A program made the position numbers and the translations under genes. 39,231 nt of DNA from positions 1 through 39,231 of the IMG/VR virus record IMGVR_UViG_3300038379_000304. The stretch is one strand, 5' to 3'. The DNA is from a virus. Lineage: Duplodnaviria; Caudoviricetes. Positions 23,417 to 31,945 of the stretch are shown here, piece after piece; position 1 is the first letter of the stretch, and every line of letters starts with the position of its first letter. The notes beneath the pieces were generated by a model, which did no database searches, was not told where the DNA came from, and was given only the letters and a program-made list of their open reading frames with translations.

Positions 23417-24640
23417 ATGGCCTTCCTCAGGACGCGCACCCGCACGCCGACCGGCGGGCCGACGTATCAGCAGAGTGTCTCCGGCACCGTGACGTCGTCC
23501 GGGGCGCTCGTGCGCCAGGCGCGCCGGGTCCTGGCCGGCACGGCCTCGACGGCCGGCGCCCTGACGAAGCGGCTCGCCCGCGCCCTCACCGGCGCCGCGG
23601 CGAGCTCGGGGAGCCTCACCCGCCGCACGGCCCGGAGCCTGACGGCCGCCGTGGCCACGTCGGGAGCGCTCGTCAGCTCGAAGCTCGCCTTGCGGGCCCT
23701 CACGGGCGCGATGTCGTCGGCCGGGGCGCTCGTGAAGCAGCCCTCCCGGGCCCTGGCCGGCTCCATGGCGAGCTCCGGGGCCCTCGTGAAGAGCCTCTCC
23801 CGGGCCCTGGCCGGCGCCGTGTCGAGCTCGGGCACCCTGCTCGCGATCCGCACGGTCCTGAAGGACCTGACCGGTGCGCTCGCCACGGCCGGGAGCCTGA
23901 CGCGCCACACGGCCCGCACGCTCGCCGGCTCCGTGGCCCCCGCGGGCGCCCTCGTGAAGAGCCTCTCCCGGGCCCTGGCCGGCTCCATGGCCTCGGCCGG
24001 CGCCCTGCTCGCGGTGCGCGCCGTCCTGAAGGACCTGGGCACGGCCTCGGTCGCCCTGGCCGGCTCGCTCGTGCGCCAGGCCAGGAAGGTGCCCGGGGGC
24101 ACGGTCGCCGCCGCCGGGGCCCTCCTGCGGCAGACCCGCCGGGCCCTGGTGGGCTCCGTGGCGAGCTCGGGCTCCATCGCCGCGATCGAGGCCTACTTCC
24201 GCGCCCTCACGGGCTCGCTGGCCACCTCGGGCGCCCTGACGCGCCGGGCCGGGAAGGCGGCGATCGGCTCCCTCGCCACGGCCGGGAGCCTCACCCGCGC
24301 CACCTGGAAGGCCCTGGCCGGCACGCTCGCGGCGGCTGGCGCCCTCGTCACCGCCCGGCTCTTCCTGCGCGCCCTGGCGGGCTCGGTGGGCTTCGCCGGG
24401 TCGCTGGTGACGTCCCTGCTGCAGGACATCGCCCGGTGGGTGGGGCTCCTCGTCGACCGCGTGCGCCGGCCCTCGAGCTCGACCATCCGGTCGGTCGCTC
24501 TCTCGTCGTCCTCCCCGGGCTTCCCGGCTCTGTCTCGACCGCTCGCGTCCGTGGCGTCGGTGCGCTTCTCGGCGCCCGGCTCCGTGTCCCTGGCCTCTCC
24601 GCACGCTCAGGACGTGCGGTTCGTTCTCTACGGAGGGTAG
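23417..24640 (+). CDS. Repeat fibre-like protein (407 aa) with 17 repeats in an 18-18-20 rhythm
   Basis: Consensus R-A-L-[AT]-G-x-[VLM]-A-[ST]-[SA]-G-[AS]-L-[VT]-[RK]. CCCTCGTGAAGAGCCTCTCCCGGGCCCTGGCCGGC is duplicated at the DNA level. Confidence 0.8.
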   Translation: MAFLRTRTRTPTGGPTYQQSVSGTVTSSGALVRQARRVLAGTASTAGALTKRLARALTGAAASSGSLTRRTARSLTAAVATSGALVSSKLALRALTGAMSSAGALVKQPSRALAGSMASSGALVKSLSRALAGAVSSSGTLLAIRTVLKDLTGALATAGSLTRHTARTLAGSVAPAGALVKSLSRALAGSMASAGALLAVRAVLKDLGTASVALAGSLVRQARKVPGGTVAAAGALLRQTRRALVGSVASSGSIAAIEAYFRALTGSLATSGALTRRAGKAAIGSLATAGSLTRATWKALAGTLAAAGALVTARLFLRALAGSVGFAGSLVTSLLQDIARWVGLLVDRVRRPSSSTIRSVALSSSSPGFPALSRPLASVASVRFSAPGSVSLASPHAQDVRFVLYGG

Positions 24641-24645
24641 ACCCC

Positions 24646-25317
24646 ATGTCCTCGCTCGCCCGAGTCGTCTCGCCGCCGCACGGCGACCTCGTCGCCACGC
24701 TCATCCCCCGCCACGGCTTCTACGCCCACGGGCTCCCGGCCGGGCTGCCGCTGCGCTACCGCCTGCGCACCTGGTGGCTCGAGCTCATGCTGCGCCTCCG
24801 GATCGCCCTGGTCGGCCTGTGGCGCGGCCTCACCCAGGGCCTCGGCGTCCTCGGCGTGGGCCGGCTCTACGCCTCCGTGATCCGGCGGGACGGCACGATC
24901 GAGCACCTCGGCCTGCTCTCGACCCGCCTGGTCACCGACAACGGCGTCGCCTACATCGTCGACGACTGGGACACCGGTGCGACCGAGATCGCGAACCTCA
25001 ACTACCACGGGTGCGGGACCGGCACGAACGCCGAGGCCCAGGGCGACTCGGCTCTCCAAACCGAGAGCACGACCGTCCTCAACCCCGACTCGACCCGGGC
25101 CACCGGCACGAAGAGCCAGCCCGCGGCCAACCAGCTCCGCAGCGTCGGGACCGTCACGTTCGACGGCTCGGCGGCCATCACCGAGCACGGCATCCTGAGC
25201 CAGGCCGCGACGGGCGGCGGGGTGCTGTGGGACCGCTCGGTCTTCTCGGCCATCAACGTGGGCAACGGGGACAGCATCCAGTTCACCTACACGTGCACGC
25301 TGTCGGCTGGAGGCTAG
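24646..25317 (+). CDS. Tail-collar/fibre-attachment-like structural protein (223 aa)
   Basis: LVT..G...GTG...E...D.AL..E...ITE.G.....GG.L.DR.VF..INV..GDSIQFTY motif; GGAGG RBS. Confidence 0.65.
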   Translation: MSSLARVVSPPHGDLVATLIPRHGFYAHGLPAGLPLRYRLRTWWLELMLRLRIALVGLWRGLTQGLGVLGVGRLYASVIRRDGTIEHLGLLSTRLVTDNGVAYIVDDWDTGATEIANLNYHGCGTGTNAEAQGDSALQTESTTVLNPDSTRATGTKSQPAANQLRSVGTVTFDGSAAITEHGILSQAATGGGVLWDRSVFSAINVGNGDSIQFTYTCTLSAGG

Positions 25318-25323
25318 AGCCCC

Positions 25324-25716
25324 GTGGCCCAGCCTCAGCCCAGGACGATCCTCACCGACGTGGTGGCCGAGGGGACGACCTGCCTCATCACGGGCTCGCT
25401 CGTCGATGAGGCAGGCTCGCCGCTCGGATCGTCGCAGCTCCAGGCCTTCACGCTCACGCTCTACGCCGTGGTGTCCGGGCTGCCGATCATCAACAGCCGC
25501 AACGCGACGAACATCCTGAACGCCGGCCCCGGCACGATCGACGCGGGCGGGCTGTGGACGATCACCCTCACCCCTGCCGACAACGACATCGTCTCGGCTG
25601 CTGCGCCCGTCGACGAGACGCATCGCCTCCTGCTCGAGTGGACCTACGGCGCGGGCGCGAAGGCAGGCAAGCACGAGATCGAGATCCGCGTGCGCAACCT
25701 GGACAAGGTGGCCTGA
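25324..25716 (+). CDS. Ig-like/BppU-N-like structural protein (130 aa)
   Basis: EGTT......L.DE.G.P...G.W.ITLTPAD...H.L.LEW.Y pattern. Confidence 0.5.
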   Translation: MAQPQPRTILTDVVAEGTTCLITGSLVDEAGSPLGSSQLQAFTLTLYAVVSGLPIINSRNATNILNAGPGTIDAGGLWTITLTPADNDIVSAAAPVDETHRLLLEWTYGAGAKAGKHEIEIRVRNLDKVA

Positions 25717-26042
25717 TGGGCCGCCCCGCCCTCCTGCGCCCCTGCTGCGAGCCCGGCTGTCCCGCCCTCGTGCGGGCCGGCCGGTGCCCGCAGCACGCCC
25801 GCCCCACGCGCTGGGGCCAGGGCAACAGGGGCAACGAGCGCAGCTCGGCTATGCGCGCTCAGGTCCTGCGCGAGGAGCCGGTCTGTCACTACTGCAGGGC
25901 GGCGCCCTCGGTTCAGGTCGACCACATCATCCCGCTGGCCGAGGGCGGCAGCTCGGACCGGCCGAACCTCGCGGGCTCGTGCTTCGACTGCCACGAAGAG
26001 AAGACGCAGCGCGAGTCGATGCGCGCAAGGGCTGCACAGTGA
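25716..26042 (+). CDS. HNH endonuclease (HK97 gp74-like packaging cofactor, 108 aa)
   Basis: C..PGCP...RC..H, CHYC, VDHIIPLAEGG, NL...CFDCHEEKT; sits directly before the terminase genes. Confidence 0.9.
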   Translation: MGRPALLRPCCEPGCPALVRAGRCPQHARPTRWGQGNRGNERSSAMRAQVLREEPVCHYCRAAPSVQVDHIIPLAEGGSSDRPNLAGSCFDCHEEKTQRESMRARAAQ

Positions 26043-26175
26043 GCGCGGCGAGGACTGCGACGCGCGAGGGGTATTACCCCCTTCGCCTCCACACCGGTAC
26101 CGCTCAGGAGGTCGGCGTCGGGGTGTACGGGTTGCCCAGCGCCAGCCGCGCAGGAAAAGCGCCGGAAATTCCCTG

Positions 26176-26718
26176 ATGCCCGGCCCTCCCCCGAAAAACC
26201 CGCGCATGCGTCAGCGGCGGAACCGCGTGTCGACGCACGCGGTGCTCCGGGCCCGCGACGAGACGCCGAAGCGGAAGGTGCCGCCGCTTCCGGATCGGCT
26301 GTGCGGGTGTGGGGGGCCGCCGCGGCCGACGAAGAAGCCGAAGCGCGGGCGGCCGCGGAAGCCGTGCGACCACTGCATGGACTCCGGCATCCTGCCGTGG
26401 CACCCGATGACGCTCGCGTGGTGGCGGGACACGTGGCGCTCGCCGATGGCCGCGGAGTTCCTCGAGGCCGACAAGCACCGGCTCTTCGTCCTCGCGCGTC
26501 TCGTCGATCTCTACTGGTCGCTGCCCCTGCCGGACCCGAAGCTCGCGAGCGAGATCCGGCTCCAGGGCATGTGCTTCGGCCTGACGCCGATCGACCGGCG
26601 CCGCCTGCAGTGGGAGATGGGCGACGACGATCGCGAGGCCGCGAAGCCGGAGCAACTCGCCGACGTCGCCTACGACGACGGCCCCGATCCGCGCGGCCTG
26701 CTGAGGGCGGTCAAGTGA
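26176..26718 (+). CDS. terS: Terminase small subunit
   Basis: MPGPPPK start, WHPMTLAWW...W.SPMA and FGLTPIDRRRLQW motifs; directly upstream of TerL. Confidence 0.85.
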   Translation: MPGPPPKNPRMRQRRNRVSTHAVLRARDETPKRKVPPLPDRLCGCGGPPRPTKKPKRGRPRKPCDHCMDSGILPWHPMTLAWWRDTWRSPMAAEFLEADKHRLFVLARLVDLYWSLPLPDPKLASEIRLQGMCFGLTPIDRRRLQWEMGDDDREAAKPEQLADVAYDDGPDPRGLLRAVK

Positions 26719-28325
26719 TCCTCACGGTCCCGCATCCCGAGGAGGCGCCGTGGCCGACGCTCGGCCCCCTCGTGTGCGCGTGGATCAAGAAGTTCCTCGT
26801 CCACGGCCCGGGAGACCTGCGCGGTGAGGCCGCGCGCATCGACGACGAGAAGCGGGCCCTCATCTACCGCGCCTACGAGGTCTATCCCGAGGAGCACCCG
26901 AAGGCAGGGCGGCGGCGCTTCCGGCGGGTCGGCATCTCGCTGCGCAAGGGGTCGGCGAAGAGCGAGTTCGCCGCCTGGCTCGCCGCGGCCGAGCTCCACC
27001 CGCGTGCGCCGGTCCGCTGCGCGGGCTTCGACCGGAAGCACCGGCCGCTCGGCCGCGGCGTGAAGGACCCCTACATCCCGCTCGTGGCCTACACCGAGGA
27101 GCAGAGCGAGGACCTGGTCTACGGCGCGCTGAAGGTGATCCTCGAGCTCTCCCCGGTCGCGCACGACTTCGACATCGGCCTCGAGCGGATCATGCGCGTC
27201 GGCGGGGACGGGAAGGCCGTCGCGCTCGCCTCGGCGCCGGACGCGCGCGACGGGGCCCGCACGACGTTCTCCGTGATGGACGAGACGCACCGGTGGAACG
27301 TCCCGCGCCTGCGCAGCGCCCACCGGACCATGCTGGCGAACCTGCCGAAGCGCCGGGCCGGCGAGCCGTGGAACCTCGAGATCACGACGGCGCCGGCCCC
27401 CGGCGAGGACTCGATCGCCGAGCGGACCATGGAGTACGCGCGCGCCGTGGTGGACGGGCGGATCGCCGACTCCGAGCTGTTTTTCTTCCACCGCCAGGCC
27501 GGCGACGGCTACGACCTGGCCGACGTGGAGCAGGTGAGGGCCGCCGTGCTCGAGGCCTCCGGGCCGGTGGCCGAGTGGTCGGACATCGACGGCATCGTCG
27601 CGCAGTGGCAGGACCCGACGGCCGACCGCACCTACCTCGAGCGCGTCTGGCTGAACCGGCTCGTCCGCTCGGCCGACCGGGCCTTCGACTTCGCCGCCTT
27701 CCGCGAGCTCGCGGCGCCGAAGCTGGTCCCGGCGCGGGCCCTGATCACGCTCGGCTTCGACGGCTCCCGGTACAACGACGCCACGGCCCTGGTGGGCTGC
27801 GACATCGCGACCGGGTACGAGTGGGTCCTCGGCGTGTGGGAGAAGCCCTTCGGGTCCGGCGACGACTGGGAGGTCCCGCAGTCCGACGTCGAGGCCGTCA
27901 TGGCCGACGCCTTCAAGACCTACGACGTGTTCCGGCTCTACGCCGACCCGCCCTACTGGGACACCACGGTCGCGAAGTGGGCGGGCGAGTACGGCGAGGA
28001 GCGTGTCGTCGCCTGGCCGACCCTGCGCAGCCGGAAGATGGCGGACGCGATCCGCTCGTTCGACACCGCGATCCGCACGGCCGAGCTCACGCACGACGGG
28101 CACGACGCCTTCGTGCGGCACATCGGCAACTGCTACCGGCGTCAGCTCGCCGTGCGCGACGACCAGGGCACCTACATGTGGACGATCCAGAAGGAGCGCC
28201 ACGACTCGCCAAACAAGATCGACGTCGCGATGGCGGCCGTGCTCGCGTGGGAAGCACGTCGCGACGCGCTGACGCTGGGCGCGAAGCCGACCGGATCGGG
28301 TGCGGTGGAGGTCTGGGTTGCCTGA
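26715..28325 (+). CDS. terL: Terminase large subunit (536 aa)
   Basis: Walker A-like RKGSAKSE, Walker B VMDETH, ITTA coupling motif, nuclease motifs LGFDGS and KIDVAMA. Confidence 0.93.
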   Translation: MILTVPHPEEAPWPTLGPLVCAWIKKFLVHGPGDLRGEAARIDDEKRALIYRAYEVYPEEHPKAGRRRFRRVGISLRKGSAKSEFAAWLAAAELHPRAPVRCAGFDRKHRPLGRGVKDPYIPLVAYTEEQSEDLVYGALKVILELSPVAHDFDIGLERIMRVGGDGKAVALASAPDARDGARTTFSVMDETHRWNVPRLRSAHRTMLANLPKRRAGEPWNLEITTAPAPGEDSIAERTMEYARAVVDGRIADSELFFFHRQAGDGYDLADVEQVRAAVLEASGPVAEWSDIDGIVAQWQDPTADRTYLERVWLNRLVRSADRAFDFAAFRELAAPKLVPARALITLGFDGSRYNDATALVGCDIATGYEWVLGVWEKPFGSGDDWEVPQSDVEAVMADAFKTYDVFRLYADPPYWDTTVAKWAGEYGEERVVAWPTLRSRKMADAIRSFDTAIRTAELTHDGHDAFVRHIGNCYRRQLAVRDDQGTYMWTIQKERHDSPNKIDVAMAAVLAWEARRDALTLGAKPTGSGAVEVWVA

Positions 28326-28833
28326 GCTGTTGGTTGGATGCGGGTCGACGCGGGATAAGCGGCTGTTCCCGCCAGGTCGGCCGAGGTCGTGGACGGGTCT
28401 GGTGACGTGCGACATGGTCGACACGCACGCGCCGGACGTTGTGCACGACCTCGAGGTGACGCCGTGGCCGTGGCCGGACGACTCCTTCGACGAGGTCCAC
28501 GCCTACGAGGTCCTCGAGCACCTCGGTCGCCAGGGCGACTACAGGGCCTTCTTCGCGCAGTTCTTCGAGATCTGGCGCGTGCTGAAGCCCGGCGGTCACC
28601 TGTGCGGCACCTCCCCGGCCGTCAACAGCTCCTGGCTCTGGGGAGACCCGGGCCACACGCGGGCCATCCAGCCGGAGAGCTTCGTCTACTTGAGTCAGGA
28701 GGAGTACGAGAAGCAGGTCGGGCGGACGTCGATGACGGACTATCGATTCTGCTGGAAGGGCGACTTCCGCCCGGTGGTGATGCTCCCGGACTCGGAGGGG
28801 ACGTTCCTCTTCATTCTGAAGGCGGTGAAGTAG
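28318..28833 (+). CDS. Class I SAM-dependent methyltransferase-like protein
   Basis: LLVGCG, D.VHDL...PWPWPDDSFDEV.A..VLEHL and EIWRVLKPGG motifs. TTG start after GGAGG. Confidence 0.85.
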   Translation: MPELLVGCGSTRDKRLFPPGRPRSWTGLVTCDMVDTHAPDVVHDLEVTPWPWPDDSFDEVHAYEVLEHLGRQGDYRAFFAQFFEIWRVLKPGGHLCGTSPAVNSSWLWGDPGHTRAIQPESFVYLSQEEYEKQVGRTSMTDYRFCWKGDFRPVVMLPDSEGTFLFILKAVK

Positions 28834-29576
28834 TGGGCTGGGCCCAGAGGACACGCGACCGCGTCGTGATCGGGATGCCCCGTGGCAGCTCCGTTCACGG
28901 TCCGCACTTCGACTCGATGCTAGCCCTCCAGCGGGACCAGTACGGCCGCGAGCAGCGGCAGCTCGTCGGCGCGGTTGGGATCTCCGGCCTGTACGTCGAG
29001 GACAACCGCGACATGATCGTTCACCGCTTCCTCGAGGAGCACTCGGCGCCCTGGCTGCTGATGATCGACAGCGACATCCAGTTCGCGCCGGACCTGCTCG
29101 ACCAGATGCTCGAGGCGGCCCACTCACGAGAGAGCATCCGCATCCTGGCCGGCAACGTGCCCCTCGACGTCTATCCGACGGTGGCGTTCTTCAGCACGCC
29201 GCAGCCGGGCGTCTTCGCTCCGCTGAAGGAGCTCCCCGCCGAGAAGGTCTTCGAGGCGGACATGGCGGCGACCGCGATCATGCTCATCCATCGCGAGGTC
29301 CTTCAGGCCATTCGGGAGCGCGAGGGCGAGCGCTGGTTTCTCCGCCACGTCCTCGAGGTGGAGGAGCGCGGAGACTACCCCTACCGGCTCTTCATGAAGC
29401 TCGGGGAAGACACGTCTTTCTGCCTGCGTGCCCGAGACGCGGGATTCTCGACGTGGGTGGTCCAGGGACTCAAGGGCGTCGTCCATCACAACCTCGCGGC
29501 CACGATGCGCCGCCTCGCTGAAGCCGAGGCGGAGCTCGAGCACCTGCGACGTTTGGTGAAGAAGGGAGCGGCATGA
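28833..29576 (+). CDS. GT-A fold glycosyltransferase (GT2-like, 247 aa)
   Basis: VVIGMP, NR..IV..FL, WLLMIDSD (DxD motif), MLIHREVL and GEDTSFCLRARDAGF. Confidence 0.85.
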   Translation: MGWAQRTRDRVVIGMPRGSSVHGPHFDSMLALQRDQYGREQRQLVGAVGISGLYVEDNRDMIVHRFLEEHSAPWLLMIDSDIQFAPDLLDQMLEAAHSRESIRILAGNVPLDVYPTVAFFSTPQPGVFAPLKELPAEKVFEADMAATAIMLIHREVLQAIREREGERWFLRHVLEVEERGDYPYRLFMKLGEDTSFCLRARDAGFSTWVVQGLKGVVHHNLAATMRRLAEAEAELEHLRRLVKKGAA

Positions 29577-31144
29577 GCATCTTCGGCGCGGACTTCGAAG
29601 CGTACCTGCGGACGCCGGAGCGGCGAGGCCTGTCCGACTCCGCCCTGCAGCAGCACCTCGGCGACATCTGGGCGCCCTCGTCGGCCGGAATCCCCGTCAG
29701 CCAGACCACGGCGCTGGGACTCCCCACGTTCTGGCACGCCGTGTTCAACATCGCCACGAACGTGGCCCGCCCGCGGGTCCGCCCTTTCACGCTTTCGGCG
29801 AACGACACGAGGCGATACGAGGACGGCCACCCGGTTGGGCGGCTGCTCAACATGGTGCCGAACCCTCACATGACGTCCATCACTTTTCGCCAGGTGGTCA
29901 CCGCCCACGTCCTCATCTACGGAAACGGCTACGCGGAGATCGAGTGGGACAACGCCGGCCGGGCGCGGGCCCTGTGGCCCCTGATTCCGACCGAGGTCGA
30001 GCCCGTCATGCGCGGCGGCGAGCTCGTCTACCTGGTGCGAGGGCAGGACACCGGGCTTCGCGGCGCGGACGTCCTGCACATCAAGGGCCTTGGCTTCGAC
30101 GGGCTGCGGGGCTACAGCGTGCTCTCGATGGCGCGGCAGTCGATCGGCCTCGGCCTGGCCGCGCAGCAGTTCGGGGCGACGTTCTTCGGCAACGGTGCGT
30201 TCCCGGGGCTCGTGGCATCGACAGAGCAGTCCCTCAACCTGGAGGCGCGCGAGCGCATCCGCGACTCCTGGCAGGCTATGCACAAGGGCCCGGACAAGGC
30301 CCACCGAATGGCGATCCTCGAGGGGGGCCTCAAGGTCGAGAAGCTCACGATCCCGCCGGACGACGCGCAGTTCCTCGAGACGCGGCAGTTCCAGCGCGAG
30401 GAGATCTGCGCCTACTTCAACATCGCGCCCGCGATGCTGGGCTACGGCCTCGGCGCGGGCCCCGGCGGCTACTCCGAGATGCAGAAGGTGAGCTACGTGA
30501 GCGACACCATCGGCCCCTGGTGGCGCGCGTGGGAGCAGGAGGTCGAGAGGAAGCTCCTCAGCCCGGGGCCGCGCCAGGTGGAGCACGACGCCGAGGAGCT
30601 GCTGCAGTTCCTCTCGATGAACGAGACCCGGCTGATGAACAAGGCGACTGCCGCCAAGACGCTCATCGACGCCGGGGCGAACCCCGAGGACGTCATGGAC
30701 GTTTGCGGGCTCCCGCCGATCAGATTCGCGAAGCCGGAGCCAGCGCCCCCGCCGCCACCGCCTCCAGCCGATCCGGAAGATGATTCCGCGGCGGTGGAGG
30801 CGCAGCGCGCCCTGCTCGTCCACGCGGTGGGCCTGATGGTCCGGATCGAGGCGGGCGAGGCCCGCCGCGCCGCCGAGAAGGGGCGCCTGAAGGAGTGGGC
30901 CGAGGAGTTCTATCCCCGGCACCAGGTGCGTCTCATGCAGGCCCTGGAGCCGGTGATTCGAGCCGTGAGGCCCCGAGGCGACTGGAAGGCCGCCGCCGCA
31001 GCGGTGGCGGCCCGCATGGTGGAGTGCAGCCGCGGGGACCTACGTGGCGTGGTCGAGGCCGGCGCCGTCGACCTCGTGGCGAGTCGGTGGGAGCTCGAGA
31101 GGCCGTCCGAAGTGGCGGTCCGGGTCATGGAGGAAAAGGCATGA
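29573..31144 (+). CDS. HK97-family portal protein (523 aa)
   Basis: LLN..PNPHMTS, LIYGNGYAEI, VLHIKGLGFDGLRGYS, FFGNGA.P, ILEGG and DAQFLETR motifs. Confidence 0.95.
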   Translation: MSIFGADFEAYLRTPERRGLSDSALQQHLGDIWAPSSAGIPVSQTTALGLPTFWHAVFNIATNVARPRVRPFTLSANDTRRYEDGHPVGRLLNMVPNPHMTSITFRQVVTAHVLIYGNGYAEIEWDNAGRARALWPLIPTEVEPVMRGGELVYLVRGQDTGLRGADVLHIKGLGFDGLRGYSVLSMARQSIGLGLAAQQFGATFFGNGAFPGLVASTEQSLNLEARERIRDSWQAMHKGPDKAHRMAILEGGLKVEKLTIPPDDAQFLETRQFQREEICAYFNIAPAMLGYGLGAGPGGYSEMQKVSYVSDTIGPWWRAWEQEVERKLLSPGPRQVEHDAEELLQFLSMNETRLMNKATAAKTLIDAGANPEDVMDVCGLPPIRFAKPEPAPPPPPPPADPEDDSAAVEAQRALLVHAVGLMVRIEAGEARRAAEKGRLKEWAEEFYPRHQVRLMQALEPVIRAVRPRGDWKAAAAAVAARMVECSRGDLRGVVEAGAVDLVASRWELERPSEVAVRVMEEKA

Positions 31145-31743
31145 ATGACCGCGAACGCCGTTCGATGGGGCCGGTGGAGCTGCGCGCCGCCGCCGACGGG
31201 AAGCCGCCGCAGCTCGTCGGCTACGCCGCCGTCTTCAACAGCCGCTCGGAGGACCTGGGTGGGTTCCGGGAGATCATCCTGCCTGGCGCTTTCGACCGCG
31301 CCCTGCGCGAGGGGCACGACGTCTTCGCCCTGGTGAACCACGACCCGAACAAGGTGCTGAGCCGGACCACGGCGACGCCCCCGACCGTGCTTTCCGTGGA
31401 CGAACACGGGCTTCGCGTCGAGATCCCGATCGACCCGGACGACCCGGACGGCGGGACGACGCTCCGTCGGGTCGCGGCCGGGAAGCTCAACCGGATGAGC
31501 TTCGCCTTCCGCACGGTGGCCGACCAGTGGAGGACGGAGGAAGGCGAGCCGATCCGGGAGCTGACCGACCTCGAGCTCTTCGACGTCTCGGTCGTCACCT
31601 ATCCGGCGTACCCGGCCACGGAGGTCTCGACCAGGGCGCTCGAGAAGGCGCGAGAGGTCGCGCTGCCAGTGACCCCACCCCGTCCGGTGCCGCTGGAGCG
31701 GCTGACCCGGCTCGCCGGACTTCACGACCGCGAGGAGGATTGA
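31141..31743 (+). CDS. HK97-family prohead protease (200 aa)
   Basis: GYAAVFNSRSEDLGGFREII.PGAF, LVNHD, MSFAF and DVSVVTYPAYPAT motifs. Confidence 0.95.
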   Translation: MNDRERRSMGPVELRAAADGKPPQLVGYAAVFNSRSEDLGGFREIILPGAFDRALREGHDVFALVNHDPNKVLSRTTATPPTVLSVDEHGLRVEIPIDPDDPDGGTTLRRVAAGKLNRMSFAFRTVADQWRTEEGEPIRELTDLELFDVSVVTYPAYPATEVSTRALEKAREVALPVTPPRPVPLERLTRLAGLHDREED

Positions 31744-31945
31744 CACTTCTGGTAGGATAGTGACCCAGACGTAGAGCACCGGACGCCCGGCCCTTTTCAG
31801 GGCAATGGACGGCCGGGCAGAGTGACCGCAAGCTCCGTTTTCACGGGCGCGGATCACAGGCAGTCACCGAATGGTTTCTGCCAGTGGTCGCGCCCGTTCT
31901 CGTTTCTGGGCCGCCCCTGGCAAAGCGCCGAGGAGGGCGCCCCAG
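31744..31945 (+). promoter_or_regulatory. Structured ~200-nt leader before the major capsid gene
   Basis: Stems GCCCGGCC (31785-31792) / GGCCGGGC (31811-31818) and ACGGGCGCG (31843-31851) / CGCGCCCGT (31889-31897), the latter with an inner GGCAG/CTGCC stem. Confidence 0.55.

Noticed and set aside
31740-31761. Sigma70 promoter at TTGACA before the capsid leader
   Set aside because: The candidate -10 boxes (TAGGAT, GATAGT) are only 7-10 nt downstream, and nothing convincing lies at 16-18 nt.
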